From Rhodocyclaceae bacterium (GTDB lineage: Bacteria > Pseudomonadota > Gammaproteobacteria > Burkholderiales > Ga0077523), in assembly GCA_020248405.1 (NCBI GenBank), contig JADCHQ010000015.1, forward strand, positions 14,643 through 78,642: a DNA stretch of 64,000 nt, read 5' to 3'. A program made the position numbers and the translations under genes. This document shows, piece by piece, positions 1-11,811 of this stretch; position 1 is the first letter of the stretch, and the number at the start of each line of letters is the position of its first letter. The notes under the pieces are model-generated. The model made no database searches, was not told where the DNA came from, and was given only the letters and a program-made list of their open reading frames with translations.

Positions 1-1160
1 GCGCCCACCTGCTCGCGCTTGGTTTCGTAGTGGTAGAACATTTCCACCGCCATGATCAGGCCGGCCAGCAGCACCGCGCCCGCAACGGCCGCTCCGGCGT
101 AGGGCAACGCCAGGCGACCCAGCAGGCGGGTCTGCACCGCCGGCTTGTGCAGTGTCACCAGCGAGGCGATGCCACCGGGCGCGAACAGGATCATCACCAG
201 GAAGAACAGCCCGAAGTACAGCAGCCAGGCCTGGGTGTAGTTGGACAGGGCCGACTGCAGGAAGGTGATGAGGATGGCGCCGATGATCGGGCCGTAGAAG
301 TGGCCCACGCCGCCGATGAAGGCCATGAGCAGCACCGTGCCTGAGGCGGCGGTGCCGAGCCGCTCGGCGGTGATGAGCTCGAAGTTGATCACCTCCAGCG
401 CCCCGGCGATGCCGGCGAACATGCCCGCCAGCGCCAGCATCAGGAAGCGGATGCGGGTGGGGTTGTAACCCACGAATTTCACCCGCTCGGGATTGTCGCG
501 CACGGCGTTGGCCATGCGGCCCAGCGGCGTTTGCGTCAGGGCGAACATGAGGATCATGCACACGAAGCACCACGCGGCAATCAGGTAGTACACCTGCACG
601 CCCGGCCCGAAATCCACGCCCATCACCTTGTCGCCCACCACGCGGTCGGTGGAGATGCCGCCCTCGCCCCCGAAGAAGCTGGGGAACATGAGCGAGCAGG
701 CCGCCACCATCTCGGCGATGCCCAGGGAAATCATGGCGAAGGGCGTGCCGGAATGCTTGGTGGTGACGTACCCGAACACCAGCCCGAAGGCGAGCCCGGC
801 GGCGGCGCCCACAAGCGGCAACAGCGACACCGGCCAGTGGAGGCTGCCGGCGCCGATGGCGTTGAGCGCGTGGGCGGCGAAGAACGCCCCCAGGCCGAAG
901 TACACCGCGTGGCCAAAGGAGAGCATGCCGGTCTGGCCCAGCAGCATGTTGTAGGACAGGGCGAAGATGATGGCAATGCCCATCTGCGACAGCATGGATA
1001 CGGCGAAGCCCTGGTTGAAGACCTGCGGCGCGGCAATCAGCACCGCCGCCACCGCAGCCCAAACCATCGCTCTGCGCCAGTGCATCAGGCCGGGTTCGGC
1101 CCCTGACGCCGGAGCGTTTCGCACGGCGCGCGCCACTGCCTCCACCACGGGATCGGCCAT
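1..1160 (-). CDS. livM: Branched-chain amino acid ABC transporter permease (LivM-like). Partial: the frame runs off the left edge of the window.
   Basis: My own translation of the minus strand from ATG 1160 gives MADPVVEAVARAVRNAP...AVSMLSQMGIAIIFALSYNMLLGQTGMLSFGHAVYFGLGAF. The frame stays open to position 1, which is why it is missing from the ORF track. It lies 4 nt downstream of the livH stop. Confidence 0.85.
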   Translation of the reverse strand, partial: MADPVVEAVARAVRNAPASGAEPGLMHWRRAMVWAAVAAVLIAAPQVFNQGFAVSMLSQMGIAIIFALSYNMLLGQTGMLSFGHAVYFGLGAFFAAHALNAIGAGSLHWPVSLLPLVGAAAGLAFGLVFGYVTTKHSGTPFAMISLGIAEMVAACSLMFPSFFGGEGGISTDRVVGDKVMGVDFGPGVQVYYLIAAWCFVCMILMFALTQTPLGRMANAVRDNPERVKFVGYNPTRIRFLMLALAGMFAGIAGALEVINFELITAERLGTAASGTVLLMAFIGGVGHFYGPIIGAILITFLQSALSNYTQAWLLYFGLFFLVMILFAPGGIASLVTLHKPAVQTRLLGRLALPYAGAAVAGAVLLAGLIMAVEMFYHYETKREQVG

Positions 1161-1164
1161 GAAG

Positions 1165-2112
1165 TCAGCCCTCCCGGGTGCCCATGAGGCCCTTGGGCCG
1201 CACGATCAGCATGGCCACCATCAGCACGTAGGGCAGCACGGGTGCCGCCTGGGCGATGGTGACCTTCCACAGCTCCATCCACGCCGACTGCGGGTCGGGG
1301 GTGAACCCGAGTTTCGCGAACAGGGTGAGAAGCGACACGTCGAAGGCCACGGAGAAGGTCTGCACGGCGCCGATGATCAGCGAGGCGACGAACGCGCCCG
1401 CCAGCGAGCCCATGCCGCCGAACACCACCACCACGAAGACGATGGTGCCCACGGACACCGCCATGCCCGGTTCGGTGACGAAGGCATTGCCGCCGATCAC
1501 CCCCGCCAACCCGGCCAGCGCCGCGCCGCCGGCGAACACGCCCATGAACACCCTGGGTACGTTGTGCCCCAGTGCCTCCACCGTGTCGGGGTGCGTGAGG
1601 GAGGCCTGGATGATCAGGCCGATGCGCGTGCGGGTGAGCAGCAGAAACAGCCCGCCCAGCATGCCCACCGACACGAGCATCATGAAAACACGGTAGGCGG
1701 GATACTTGGTGCTGAAGACGGAAAAGGCCGAAAAGTCGAGGATCTCGGGAATGCGGTAAGGCACCGGCGCGCGGCCCCAGATGAGGTGCACCAGTTCCTC
1801 GATGATGTAGGCCAGGCCGAAGGTGAACAACAGTTCCGCCACGTGGCCATACTTGTGCACGGTGCGCAGGCCGTAGCGCTCGGTGAGCGCGCCCAGCACC
1901 GCCACCAGCGCGGGCGCCACCACCAGCGCGGGCCAGAAGCCCAGGTACACGCTGGTCTGGTAAGCGAAGTACGCCCCCAGCATGTAGAAGCTCGCATGGG
2001 CGAAATTGAGCACGCCCATCATGCTGAAGATCAGGGTGAGGCCGCTGGAGAGCATGAACAGCAGCAGTCCGTAGGACAGGCTGTTCAGCAGCGTGACGAG
2101 AAAGAACTCCAA
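1165..2112 (-). CDS. livH: Branched-chain amino acid ABC transporter permease (LivH-like)
   Basis: 315-aa ORF. The N-terminus MEFFLVTLLNSLSYGLLLFMLSSGLTLIFSMMGVLNFAHASFYMLGAY is typical of LivH, and the protein is polytopic and hydrophobic. Confidence 0.9.
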   Translation of the reverse strand: MEFFLVTLLNSLSYGLLLFMLSSGLTLIFSMMGVLNFAHASFYMLGAYFAYQTSVYLGFWPALVVAPALVAVLGALTERYGLRTVHKYGHVAELLFTFGLAYIIEELVHLIWGRAPVPYRIPEILDFSAFSVFSTKYPAYRVFMMLVSVGMLGGLFLLLTRTRIGLIIQASLTHPDTVEALGHNVPRVFMGVFAGGAALAGLAGVIGGNAFVTEPGMAVSVGTIVFVVVVFGGMGSLAGAFVASLIIGAVQTFSVAFDVSLLTLFAKLGFTPDPQSAWMELWKVTIAQAAPVLPYVLMVAMLIVRPKGLMGTREG

Positions 2113-2180
2113 GCAGCAGTCTCCTGAAACAGCAAGGGGCGTCCGTCAGGAGCGCCCCCCGCGCGCGGTGGCCGGAACCG

Positions 2181-3443
2181 TCAGCCCTTGGGCCGCTGGA
2201 ACTTACAGGTGGTGGGCAAGACCGTGTCCTTGGACTCGATGCGGGCGTCGGTCTTGAATCCGAAACCGGTGCGCTCCACGTCGAATTTCACGTCCTTGCC
2301 GTTGGCCTTGGAAAACGTGGACACGAAGATGGGCTGCACCAGCTGGTGGTTGTCATCGCGCATGTAGGTTTCACCCGAAAGGCTGTCGGACTTCATCTTC
2401 TCCATGGCGAGCGCCACCTTGGTGGGGTCGGTGGACTTGGCCTGTTCCATGGAGCGGGTGAGCATGTCCACCGCCACCATGATGCTGGTCCAGTAGAAGT
2501 CGTCGCGGGAGTCGGGGAAGCGCTTGCGGTAGGCCTCCACCATCTCCACCGTGCGGCTGCCGCCGATGTTGGAGTGGAACACCGTGACCTGCTTGAGGTG
2601 CCCCACGCCGGCCTCGCCGATGACCGGGGGCGTGCCCAGGCCGCCCGCGTAGTAGATGTAGAAGTCGACCTTCAGCCCCGCGTCCTTGGCAGCCTTGATG
2701 AGCAGCGCCACGTCGTTGCCCCAGTTGCCCGTCACCACGGCATCCGCGCCCGCAGCCTGGATCTTGGCCACGTAGGGGGCGAAGTCCTTCACCTTGCCCA
2801 GGGGGTGCAGGTCGTCGCCCACGATCTGGATGTCGGGGCGTTTGGCGTTGAGCATGGCTCGCGCCGCCTTGGCCACGGACTGGCCGAAGGAGTAGTCCTG
2901 GTTGATGAGGTACACCTTCTTCATGGACTTCTGGGTGGCCATGAAGTTGGTCATGGCCTGCATCTTCATGTCCACGTCGGCATCGAAGCGGAAGTGGTAG
3001 AAATTGCACTTGTCGTTGGTGAGGGCGGGGTCGACAGCGCCGTAGTTCATGTAGAGCACGGTCTTGTCGGGGTTGCGGGCGTTGTGCTTGCCCATGGCCT
3101 CGGACAGCGCCAGCGCCACGGCCGAACCGTTGCCCTGCATCATGTAGCGGATGCCCTGATCCACAAGCTGCTTGAACACGAGCTGCGCTTCCTGCGGGCT
3201 GGTCTTGGTGTCGAAGGGCACCACCTCGAGCTTCTGGCCCAGCACGCCGCCCTTCTCGTTGATGCGGTCGGCGAAGAACTGCAGATGGCGAAGACCCACC
3301 TCGCCCACGTTGGCGAAGGGCCCGGACAAACCTTCCAGGTAGGCCACCTTGATGGTCTGGGCGGAGGCGGGCACTGCAATGGCCAAGGCAGCCATGACCG
3401 CCAGGCGCCCCAGAGACGAGATCGCGTTGCTGGGCTTCGGCAT
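2181..3443 (-). CDS. ABC transporter periplasmic substrate-binding protein (LivK / Peripla_BP_6-like)
   Basis: Start re-picked at ATG 3443 (MPKPSNAISSLGRLAVMAALAIAVPASAQT, a signal peptide), preceded by GAGGAGA. The body resembles Leu/Ile/Val-binding proteins and the gene is adjacent to livHM. Confidence 0.85.
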   Translation of the reverse strand: MPKPSNAISSLGRLAVMAALAIAVPASAQTIKVAYLEGLSGPFANVGEVGLRHLQFFADRINEKGGVLGQKLEVVPFDTKTSPQEAQLVFKQLVDQGIRYMMQGNGSAVALALSEAMGKHNARNPDKTVLYMNYGAVDPALTNDKCNFYHFRFDADVDMKMQAMTNFMATQKSMKKVYLINQDYSFGQSVAKAARAMLNAKRPDIQIVGDDLHPLGKVKDFAPYVAKIQAAGADAVVTGNWGNDVALLIKAAKDAGLKVDFYIYYAGGLGTPPVIGEAGVGHLKQVTVFHSNIGGSRTVEMVEAYRKRFPDSRDDFYWTSIMVAVDMLTRSMEQAKSTDPTKVALAMEKMKSDSLSGETYMRDDNHQLVQPIFVSTFSKANGKDVKFDVERTGFGFKTDARIESKDTVLPTTCKFQRPKG

Positions 3444-3704
3444 GTTGTTCTCTCCTCGTGGTCTTGTTCGGGACGGGCACACACGGCCCGTAGCAGACCC
3501 CGCGACTGCCACACCAGGCACTCCGCCCGTGCGCTTCGCTTTTTTTGGGCAGCGGATTCTGCCCCATCGCCCCCGTGATGTAAACGCGACCGGCACGCCC
3601 GCGCAGGCCGTGTTGCGGCGCAGCGAAAACCCGTGACCGAGCCGCGCGCAGCGGCGCTGCTAAACTTGATTCATCCCCCTGCTGCTTCGTTGGAGCATCA
3701 CACC

Positions 3705-5327
3705 ATGCATGGACTCATGATGGACATGCCGCTGTCCATAGCCGCGCTGATACAGCACGCCGACCGCCACCACGGCGACACCGAGATCGTGTCGCGGACG
3801 GTGGAAGGCCACCTGCACCGCTACGGCTACAGCGACGCCCATCGCCGCGCCCGTCAACTCGCCAACGCGTTGCGCGCCCTGGGCGTGAAACCCCATGACC
3901 GCGTGGGCACTCTCGCCTGGAATGGCTACCGCCACTTCGAGATCTACTACGCAGCATCCGGGTCCGGCGCAGTGGTGCACACCATCAACCCGCGGTTGTT
4001 CCCCGAGCAGATCACCTACATCGTCAACCACGCCGACGATGCGGTGCTGTTCTTCGATCTCACATTTTTGCCACTGGTGGAGAAGCTTGCACCGTTGTGC
4101 CGTGGCGTGCGCGCCTGGATCGCCATGACCGACCGCGCCCACATGCCCGGCGGCGGCCTTGATCTCCTCTGTTACGAGGAACTGGTTGACTCCCACTCCG
4201 ATGACTACCGCTGGCCGGAAATCGATGAACGCTCGGCCGCCGGCCTGTGCTACACGTCGGGCACCACCGGCAATCCCAAGGGCGTGCTCTACAGCCATCG
4301 ATCCACAGTGCTGCACGCCTACGGCGCCAGCCTGCCCGACGCGCTCAACCTCTCGGCCCGTGACGTGGTGCTGCCCGTGGTGCCCATGTTCCACGTCAAC
4401 GCCTGGGGCCTGCCCTACGCCGCGCCGCTGGTGGGGGCGAAGCTGGTGTTTCCGGGGGCGCAACTCGACGGCGCCAGCCTGCACGGCCTGTTCGAGGCGG
4501 AGAAGGTCACCTGCTCCGCCGGCGTGCCCACCATCTGGCTTGGACTGCTCAATCACGTGAAGTCCCAGGGGCAGCGGTTCACCACCCTGGAGCGCACCGT
4601 CATCGGCGGTTCGGCCTGTCCCCCGGCCATGATCCGAACCTTCGAGGACGACTACCGCGTGCGGGTACTGCACGCCTGGGGAATGTCGGAGATGAGCCCC
4701 CTGGGCACGGTGAACACGTTCAAGGCAAAGCACCTGGCACTGCCAAAGGCGCAACGCGATGCGCTCCAGAACAGCCAGGGCCGGCCGATTTTCGGCGTCG
4801 ACATGAAGATCGTGGATGACGAGGGCAAGGAACTGCCGCGCGACGGCAAGGCTTTCGGCAACCTGCTGGTGCGCGGCCCCTGGATCTGCTCGTCGTACTT
4901 CAAGGACGAAGGCGGAGACCCGCTGCGCGAGGGCTGGTTTCCCACCGGCGATGTGGCCACCCTCGATCCGGACGGCTACATGCAGATCACCGACCGCTCC
5001 AAGGACGTCATCAAGTCCGGCGGGGAGTGGATCAGCAGCATCGACCTGGAGAACGCCGCCATGGCACACCCCGCCGTGGCCGAGGCCGCGGTCATCGGCG
5101 TGGCGCACCCCAAATGGGATGAGCGCCCGCTGTTGGTGGTGATGCGCAAGCCGGGTGAATCCGTGAGCCGGGAGGCGCTGCTGCAATTCTTCGAGGGCCG
5201 CGTGGCCAAGTGGTGGATTCCCGATGACGTGGTGTTCGTCGATCAGATTCCCCACACCGCCACTGGCAAGATCCTGAAGACCAAGCTGCGGGAACAATTC
5301 CGCGACCACCGGCTGTCCACGGCCTGA
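3705..5327 (+). CDS. Long-chain fatty-acid--CoA ligase / AMP-dependent synthetase
   Basis: AMP-binding motif [11 protein letters not shown] and a C-terminal GKILK motif. Start chosen at [19 protein letters not shown] with GGAG 10 nt upstream. The longer ORF start at 3633 has no support. Confidence 0.85.
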   Translation: MHGLMMDMPLSIAALIQHADRHHGDTEIVSRTVEGHLHRYGYSDAHRRARQLANALRALGVKPHDRVGTLAWNGYRHFEIYYAASGSGAVVHTINPRLFPEQITYIVNHADDAVLFFDLTFLPLVEKLAPLCRGVRAWIAMTDRAHMPGGGLDLLCYEELVDSHSDDYRWPEIDERSAAGLCYTSGTTGNPKGVLYSHRSTVLHAYGASLPDALNLSARDVVLPVVPMFHVNAWGLPYAAPLVGAKLVFPGAQLDGASLHGLFEAEKVTCSAGVPTIWLGLLNHVKSQGQRFTTLERTVIGGSACPPAMIRTFEDDYRVRVLHAWGMSEMSPLGTVNTFKAKHLALPKAQRDALQNSQGRPIFGVDMKIVDDEGKELPRDGKAFGNLLVRGPWICSSYFKDEGGDPLREGWFPTGDVATLDPDGYMQITDRSKDVIKSGGEWISSIDLENAAMAHPAVAEAAVIGVAHPKWDERPLLVVMRKPGESVSREALLQFFEGRVAKWWIPDDVVFVDQIPHTATGKILKTKLREQFRDHRLSTA

Positions 5328-5370
5328 GACGGCATCCGCCCGGCCCGGAGCTGGCGGCTTGGCGGGCGCG

Positions 5371-6225
<855 letters not shown>

Positions 6226-7041
6226 TCAGTTGTAGCAGTACTCGGGAGAGGGGAAGGCACCTGACTTGACCTCGGCCACGAAGCGCTCCAGGGCAGCCTG
6301 CGGCGAACTGGCGCCAGCCATGTAGTTCTTGACGAACTTCGCCTTGCGCCCGGGGTGAAGGTCGAGCATGTCGTGCCAGATGAGAATCTGGCCGCTGCAG
6401 CCCGGCCCCGCGCCGATACCAATGGTGGGGATGGACAAGGCGCGCGTGATGCGATCGCCCAGCGCGGCGGGAACAGCCTCCACCACGGTCATGGCAGCGC
6501 CTCCCGCCTCGATGGCGAGGGCGTCCTCCAGCACGCGATCACCCGCCTCCCCCTTGCCCTGCACCTTGTACCCGCCCAGGGTGTGGAAGAACTGCGGCGT
6601 GAGGCCCACGTGCCCGCAAACCGGAATGCCGCGATCCACCAGGAACCGTACCGTGTCGGCGAACATGGCGCCGCCCTCCAGCTTCACCATGTGCGCCCCG
6701 CCAGCCATGAGCTTGGCCGCATGGGCGAAAGCAGACTGGGGACTTTCGTGGTAGCTGGCGAAGGGCATGTCGGCGATCACCATCGGACGCTGGCAACCGC
6801 GCAGCACCGCCTTGGTGTGGTAGAGGATGTCATCCACGGTGACCGGCAACGTGGAGTCATGGCCTTGCACAGTCATGCCGAGGGAATCTCCCACCAGCAG
6901 CATTTCGATCCCCGCGGCATCGGCGAGCGCCGCGGATGAGGCGTCGTAGCAGGACACCATGGTGATCTTTTCGCCGTCGCGCACTTTGGCGGCCAGTTGA
7001 GACGCACTGAGGCGCGCGCGCGCCTGAGGTTGCGTGGACAC
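6226..7041 (-). CDS. panB: 3-methyl-2-oxobutanoate hydroxymethyltransferase
   Basis: KITMVSCYDASSAALADAAGIEMLLVGDSLGMTVQGH is the PanB core. Start re-picked at GTG 7041, with GGAGGG 9 nt upstream. The 100-codon Arg-rich extension of the longest ORF is implausible. Confidence 0.9.
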   Translation of the reverse strand: MSTQPQARARLSASQLAAKVRDGEKITMVSCYDASSAALADAAGIEMLLVGDSLGMTVQGHDSTLPVTVDDILYHTKAVLRGCQRPMVIADMPFASYHESPQSAFAHAAKLMAGGAHMVKLEGGAMFADTVRFLVDRGIPVCGHVGLTPQFFHTLGGYKVQGKGEAGDRVLEDALAIEAGGAAMTVVEAVPAALGDRITRALSIPTIGIGAGPGCSGQILIWHDMLDLHPGRKAKFVKNYMAGASSPQAALERFVAEVKSGAFPSPEYCYN

Positions 7042-7204
7042 GAATGAAACCCTCCGGAGGAATTGCGGGCGTACCCTGGAACGCCCTGGCGCGGCGTGTT
7101 CTCGGACGCCATCGCGCAACCGTTGGCGCGAAGCGCGCTGCGATTGCGACGCAACGCTAGCGCAAAATCGCCGCCTTTGTCGACTGCGGCGTGAGGCCAG
7201 CAGT

Positions 7205-8569
7205 TCAGGATTGCTCGACCTGCTCCGCCGCCGACGACGACTCTCCAGCGCCGCCCTGACGCCTGCGGCGGCGCTTGCGGCCCGCACCAGCGCCCTTTGG
7301 CGCGGGCAGCAACATGCGGCTGCGCTCTTCATCAGAGGCATTCTGGAAGCGCTCCCACCATTGGCCCACCTCGGCGTCGAGCTCCCCGCTCTCGCAGCGC
7401 AGGAGCAGGAAGTCGAAGGAGGCGCGCAGTTTGGGGCTTTCCAGTACGCGGAAGGGCCGCTTGCCGGAACGCTGCGCGAAGCGCCACTGCATCAACCAGA
7501 TCTCCTTCATGTCCGTTCCGAACCGCCGCGGCACCGACATGCGCTCGGCCTGCACGGACAGCACCTGATCCATGGCCTCGTGCATGGCCGGCACTGGCGC
7601 CACGCCCCGTGCCTGAGCGGCGTTCCAGGCCGCCAGGACCTCGTGCCAGAGCAAGGCGGCGAACAGGAACCCGGGCGAGACGGTCTTGTCGGCCCGAACG
7701 CGTTCGTCCGTGCGCTCCAGGGCGAGCATCACAAAGCGTTCCCCCATGGGCTGCTCCAGGATCACATCGAGCATGGGCAGCAGACCATGATGCAGGCCCT
7801 CGGCGCGCAGTTGCCTGATGCAGGCCACCGCGTGCCCGGATAGCAGCAGCTTGAGCATCTCTTCGAACAGTCGCGCTCCCGGGACGTTCTGCACCAGCTC
7901 CGCCATTTCCGGAATGGGCGCGCGGGTGCCGGGGTCGAGGTCCATGCGCAGCTTGGCGGCCAGGCGTACGGCTCGCAGCATGCGAACGGGATCCTCGCGA
8001 TAGCGGCTGCGGGCCTCGCCGATGATGCGCAACCGGCGCGCTTCCAGGTCCTTCATGCCGTCGACGAAGTCGAGGATCTCTTCCGTGGCGGGGTTGTAGT
8101 AGAGGGCGTTGACGGTGAAGTCGCGGCGCAGCGCGTCCTCTTGCTGCGTGCCGAAGGCGTTGTCGCGAAGCAGCCGGCCATGCTCGTCCTTCACCTGATG
8201 GGTTGCATCGTCGGAGTGCGGCGCGCGGAAGGTGGAGGTTTCCACCATTTCCTGGCCGCACAGCACGTGCACGAGGCGAAAGCGCCTGCCGATGATGCGC
8301 GAGCGGCGAAACACCGCGTGCACCTGCTCCGGCGTCGCGTCGGTGGCCACGTCGAAGTCCTTGGGTTCAAGGTCGAGCAGCAAATCGCGCACTGCGCCGC
8401 CCACCACGTACGCCTCGTAACCAGCCTCCTGCAAACCCTCGCAGGTGCGGCGGGCGCAGCGGCTGATGCGCTCGCGTGTCAGGCCATGACGCGAAACCGG
8501 CACGACGGTCGGCGCGCGGCTGGCCTTTGCGCCGCGGGAAAACACCTTGTCGAGAAGCTTCTTGATCAT
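7205..8569 (-). CDS. pcnB: Poly(A) polymerase I
   Basis: YVVGGAVRDLLLDLEPKDFDVATDATPEQV is the nucleotidyltransferase motif, and the basic C-terminal tail is typical. Start re-picked at ATG 8569 (MIKKLLDKVF). Confidence 0.9.
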   Translation of the reverse strand: MIKKLLDKVFSRGAKASRAPTVVPVSRHGLTRERISRCARRTCEGLQEAGYEAYVVGGAVRDLLLDLEPKDFDVATDATPEQVHAVFRRSRIIGRRFRLVHVLCGQEMVETSTFRAPHSDDATHQVKDEHGRLLRDNAFGTQQEDALRRDFTVNALYYNPATEEILDFVDGMKDLEARRLRIIGEARSRYREDPVRMLRAVRLAAKLRMDLDPGTRAPIPEMAELVQNVPGARLFEEMLKLLLSGHAVACIRQLRAEGLHHGLLPMLDVILEQPMGERFVMLALERTDERVRADKTVSPGFLFAALLWHEVLAAWNAAQARGVAPVPAMHEAMDQVLSVQAERMSVPRRFGTDMKEIWLMQWRFAQRSGKRPFRVLESPKLRASFDFLLLRCESGELDAEVGQWWERFQNASDEERSRMLLPAPKGAGAGRKRRRRRQGGAGESSSAAEQVEQS

Positions 8570-8667
8570 CCGAAGAGGAAAAATGCAGGGGGAGCGTGCC
8601 GCAAGCGGCGACTGACCGGCGCACCAAACGAGTATACAGGCCGGGTCGGGTGCGACAGCCCGGGGGC

Positions 8668-9327
8668 TCAGCGCAGGCTCAGGATTTCCCAGCCTCTTGC
8701 AAGGGCGTGTTCCCTGAGGGTCTCGTCCGGGTCCACGGCAACCGGCCGCGCGACCTTCGACAGCAGCGGAAGATCGTTGAGCGAGTCGCTGTAGAAGCAC
8801 GTCTCGCCGAAACTCGACCAGTGCAGTCCATGCTCGGCGAGCCAGGCTTCCACGCGAGCCACCTTGCCCTCCCGGAAACAGGGCAGTCCGTTCACACGGC
8901 CAGTGAACTCGCCATCGGAGCGCTCCTCCGGATCCGTGGCCACCAGATGCTCGATGCCGAACTCCCTGGCGATGGGCCTGGTGACGAAGCTGTTGGTGGC
9001 CGTGACCACCACGCGGGCGTCATGGCGATGGCTGTCCACCAGGTCGCGCGCCTTGACGGTCATCATGGGCAGGATGCGCACCCTCAAGTACTCGGCACGC
9101 CAGGCCTCCAACTGCGCGCGGGGATGACGCGACAGGGGCTTGAGCTGAAAATCCAGGAACTGGTGGATGTCCAGCGTTCCTGCGCGATATTGCTCGTAAA
9201 ACTCCAGATTGCGCGCTTCGTATACCTCGCGGTCGAGCACGCCCTTGTGAATCAGGAATTGGGCCCATTCGAAATCGCTGTCGCCAGCCAGCAAGGTGTT
9301 GTCGAGATCGAACAGCGCGAGGTTCAT
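8668..9327 (-). CDS. HAD-IB family hydrolase (phosphoserine phosphatase-like)
   Basis: MNLALFDLDNTLL carries the HAD motif I (DxDxT). ATG 9327 is preceded by GGAGAAGG. The alternative ATG at 9339 has no Shine-Dalgarno sequence. Confidence 0.8.
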   Translation of the reverse strand: MNLALFDLDNTLLAGDSDFEWAQFLIHKGVLDREVYEARNLEFYEQYRAGTLDIHQFLDFQLKPLSRHPRAQLEAWRAEYLRVRILPMMTVKARDLVDSHRHDARVVVTATNSFVTRPIAREFGIEHLVATDPEERSDGEFTGRVNGLPCFREGKVARVEAWLAEHGLHWSSFGETCFYSDSLNDLPLLSKVARPVAVDPDETLREHALARGWEILSLR

Positions 9328-9387
9328 GACCTTCTCCATGGTGCCAGGACAGACGACCCCCGGCCCCGAGCGCTGCGCGCGCCTGGA

Positions 9388-10056
9388 TCAGGCGGGCTCA
9401 TCGTCAAGGGCGAGCGAAGACCGAAGCACCTCCCGCGCCAAGGGCACGGAAAGCGCGCGTCGGGTTTCGAGCGAATGGGCGTCAAGGGCGTCAAGCACAC
9501 CCATGAGCGTGGTGAGATCCCGCTTCACGTGGCGCAGCAGGTAACCGGATACCTCCTCCGGCAGACGCAGGCCACGGGCCGCGGCGTGACGCGCCAGCGC
9601 CGCGGCCTTCTCCTGATCGTCCAGGGGATGCACCTGGTACACAAGACCCCAGGACAACCGGCTGAGCAGTTCGGGCGCAAGGGCGAGGCGCGCGGGCGGA
9701 GCACGACCAGAAGCCACGAGCGCACCGCCCGACTCTCGCAGGGCGTTGAAGGCATTGAACAAGGCGTGCTGCGCGGCGGGCGCCAGAAAGTCCACGTCGT
9801 CGGCCAGCAACAGGACCCTGCCCTCGACGGTGGGCTCGCCCGGGAAGTGCTGCACCGCTCTGGCGGAGGCGGCGCCAGCCGCGCGCAGCAGGTGCGATCG
9901 GCCGCTGCCGGAAACGCCCCACAGATAGATGACAGGCTCCCCAGTACCGGCGGCGAGCGCGCGAAGCGACTCGAGGGCCTCGGCGTTGCGCCCCGGAAAG
10001 AAATTGTCGAAGGCGGGCGCCGGAGGCGGCGCGATGTCCAACGCCAGTTGCTTCAT
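9388..10056 (-). CDS. hda: DnaA regulatory inactivator Hda
   Basis: Degenerate Walker A in YLWGVSGSGRSHLL, about 220 aa, DnaA domain III-like, and divergent from purM as in many proteobacteria. Confidence 0.85.
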   Translation of the reverse strand: MKQLALDIAPPPAPAFDNFFPGRNAEALESLRALAAGTGEPVIYLWGVSGSGRSHLLRAAGAASARAVQHFPGEPTVEGRVLLLADDVDFLAPAAQHALFNAFNALRESGGALVASGRAPPARLALAPELLSRLSWGLVYQVHPLDDQEKAAALARHAAARGLRLPEEVSGYLLRHVKRDLTTLMGVLDALDAHSLETRRALSVPLAREVLRSSLALDDEPA

Positions 10057-10083
10057 GGACCGGATTATAGGGGGCCCTTCCGG

Positions 10084-10089
10084 TAGAAT
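10084..10089 (+). promoter_or_regulatory. Candidate -10 element (TAGAAT) for purMN
   Basis: An AT-rich TAGAAT hexamer in GC-rich intergenic DNA, 33 nt upstream of the purM ATG. There is no convincing -35. Confidence 0.4.
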
Positions 10090-10122
10090 CCTTGCCCTTT
10101 CATCGCGCCGCGTCCAGCCGCC

Positions 10123-11169
10123 ATGCCAGAGCCCGCCACCGCCAACGGTCTGTCCTATCGCGACGCAGGCGTCGACATCGACGCTGGCGACGCGCTCGTG
10201 GAACGCATCAAGCCCTTGGCCAGATCCACGCTGCGAGACGGCGTGCTAGCGGGCGTCGGCGGCTTTGGCGCGCTTTTCGAGGTTCCCAAGCGCTATCGGG
10301 AGCCGGTGCTGGTGTCGGGCACCGACGGCGTGGGCACCAAGCTCAAGCTGGCCTTCGAGCTGAACGTCCATCACACCGTGGGAATCGATCTCGTGGCCAT
10401 GAGCGTCAACGACATTCTGGTTCAGGGGGCCGAGCCGCTGTTCTTCCTGGACTACTTTGCGTGCGGGCGGCTGTCTGTGGACACGGCAGCGGCGGTGGTG
10501 GCAGGCATTGCGGACGGGTGCAGAAGGGCTGGTTGCGCGTTGGTGGGCGGCGAGACTGCCGAGATGCCGGGCATGTACCCCGACGGGGAGTACGACCTCG
10601 CGGGCTTCGCGGTGGGCGCGGTGGAAAAATCCGCCATCGTGAATGGGAACTCCATCGTGCCCGGCGATGCAGTGGTGGCACTCGCCTCCAGCGGCCCGCA
10701 CAGCAACGGCTATTCGCTCGTGCGGCGCATCGTGCAGGTGTCGGGTGCAGATCTGCGGGCGGATTTCCTGGGCACGCCGTTGGGGCAGGCATTGCTGGAG
10801 CCTACGCGCATTTACGTGAAACCGGTGCTCGATCTGCTCGCCAGGGTGCCCGTGAAGGGCATGGCCCACATCACCGGCGGCGGCATCACGGGCAATGTGC
10901 CCAGGATGTTGCCGCCGGGTACGCGCGCGGTCCTGCAACGGGATAGCTGGATCCTCCCCCCCATCTTCCAGTGGCTGCAACGCCATGGCAGCGTGACTGA
11001 TCAGGAGATGCATCGGGTGTTCAACTGCGGCGTGGGCATGGTGATCGTCACAGCGCCGCAGGATGCAGCGCGGGCTGTGGAGGCCTTGAACGCCCAGGGC
11101 GAGCGGACCTGGATAGCGGGCTGCATCGAGGACGGCGATGGGGGCGAACCCACCGCCGTCCTGGTATGA
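10123..11169 (+). CDS. purM: Phosphoribosylformylglycinamidine cyclo-ligase (AIR synthetase)
   Basis: [21 protein letters not shown] and [12 protein letters not shown] are PurM hallmarks. Confidence 0.95.
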   Translation: MPEPATANGLSYRDAGVDIDAGDALVERIKPLARSTLRDGVLAGVGGFGALFEVPKRYREPVLVSGTDGVGTKLKLAFELNVHHTVGIDLVAMSVNDILVQGAEPLFFLDYFACGRLSVDTAAAVVAGIADGCRRAGCALVGGETAEMPGMYPDGEYDLAGFAVGAVEKSAIVNGNSIVPGDAVVALASSGPHSNGYSLVRRIVQVSGADLRADFLGTPLGQALLEPTRIYVKPVLDLLARVPVKGMAHITGGGITGNVPRMLPPGTRAVLQRDSWILPPIFQWLQRHGSVTDQEMHRVFNCGVGMVIVTAPQDAARAVEALNAQGERTWIAGCIEDGDGGEPTAVLV

Positions 11170-11181
11170 ACGGAGTTGCCC

Positions 11182-11811
11182 GTGGCGCGCGTGGTGGTGT
11201 TGATATCGGGTCGCGGCAGCAACCTGCGGGCGCTGGTGGAAGCGGCCCTTCCGGTGGTGGCAGTGGTGAGCAACCGGCCGGACGCGGCGGGCCTCGGCTT
11301 CGCGGCGGAACGGGGAATCGCCACGGCGGTGGTGGATCACAAGGCCTATGCCGATCGCGACAGCTTCGACACCGCCCTGGCCAATGCAGTTGACGCCCAC
11401 GCGCCCGACCTGGTGGTGCTTGCTGGATTCATGCGGGTGCTCACGCCGGGATTCGTGCGCCGCTACGCCGGCCGCCTTATGAACGTACACCCCTCCCTGC
11501 TTCCCGCCTTCCCGGGCCTGGACACCCACGCCAGAGCGCTTGCGGCCGGCTCGAAGCTGCACGGTTGCAGCGTGCATTTCGTGACCGAGGCGCTCGACGA
11601 GGGCCCCATCGTGGCCCAGGCGGCCGTGCCCGTGCTCGACGACGATTCGCCCGAAACACTGGCGGCACGGGTGCTGCGCCAGGAACACCGCCTGCTGCCC
11701 GCAGCGGTGCGGTGGTTCCTTGAAGGGCGCATGGCGATCAATGGCGCCCGGGTGAGGGTACGCGACACCGTGGCACACGCCGACGACACCCTCGCCGAGC
11801 CGGCGCCATGA
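11182..11811 (+). CDS. purN: Phosphoribosylglycinamide formyltransferase
   Basis: The motifs VVVLISGRGSNLRAL and NVHPSLLP. GTG 11182 has GGAG 6 nt upstream. The track's TTG start at 11176 is an alternative. Confidence 0.9.
   Translation: MARVVVLISGRGSNLRALVEAALPVVAVVSNRPDAAGLGFAAERGIATAVVDHKAYADRDSFDTALANAVDAHAPDLVVLAGFMRVLTPGFVRRYAGRLMNVHPSLLPAFPGLDTHARALAAGSKLHGCSVHFVTEALDEGPIVAQAAVPVLDDDSPETLAARVLRQEHRLLPAAVRWFLEGRMAINGARVRVRDTVAHADDTLAEPAP

Noticed and set aside
3541-3564. A T-run followed by the hairpin GGGCAG-cggatt-CTGCCC in the divergent spacer between the binding-protein and ligase genes
   Set aside because: The T-run precedes the stem on the plus strand and becomes an A-run after the stem on the minus strand. 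It therefore cannot act as an intrinsic terminator in either direction. It may just be promoter-region structure.
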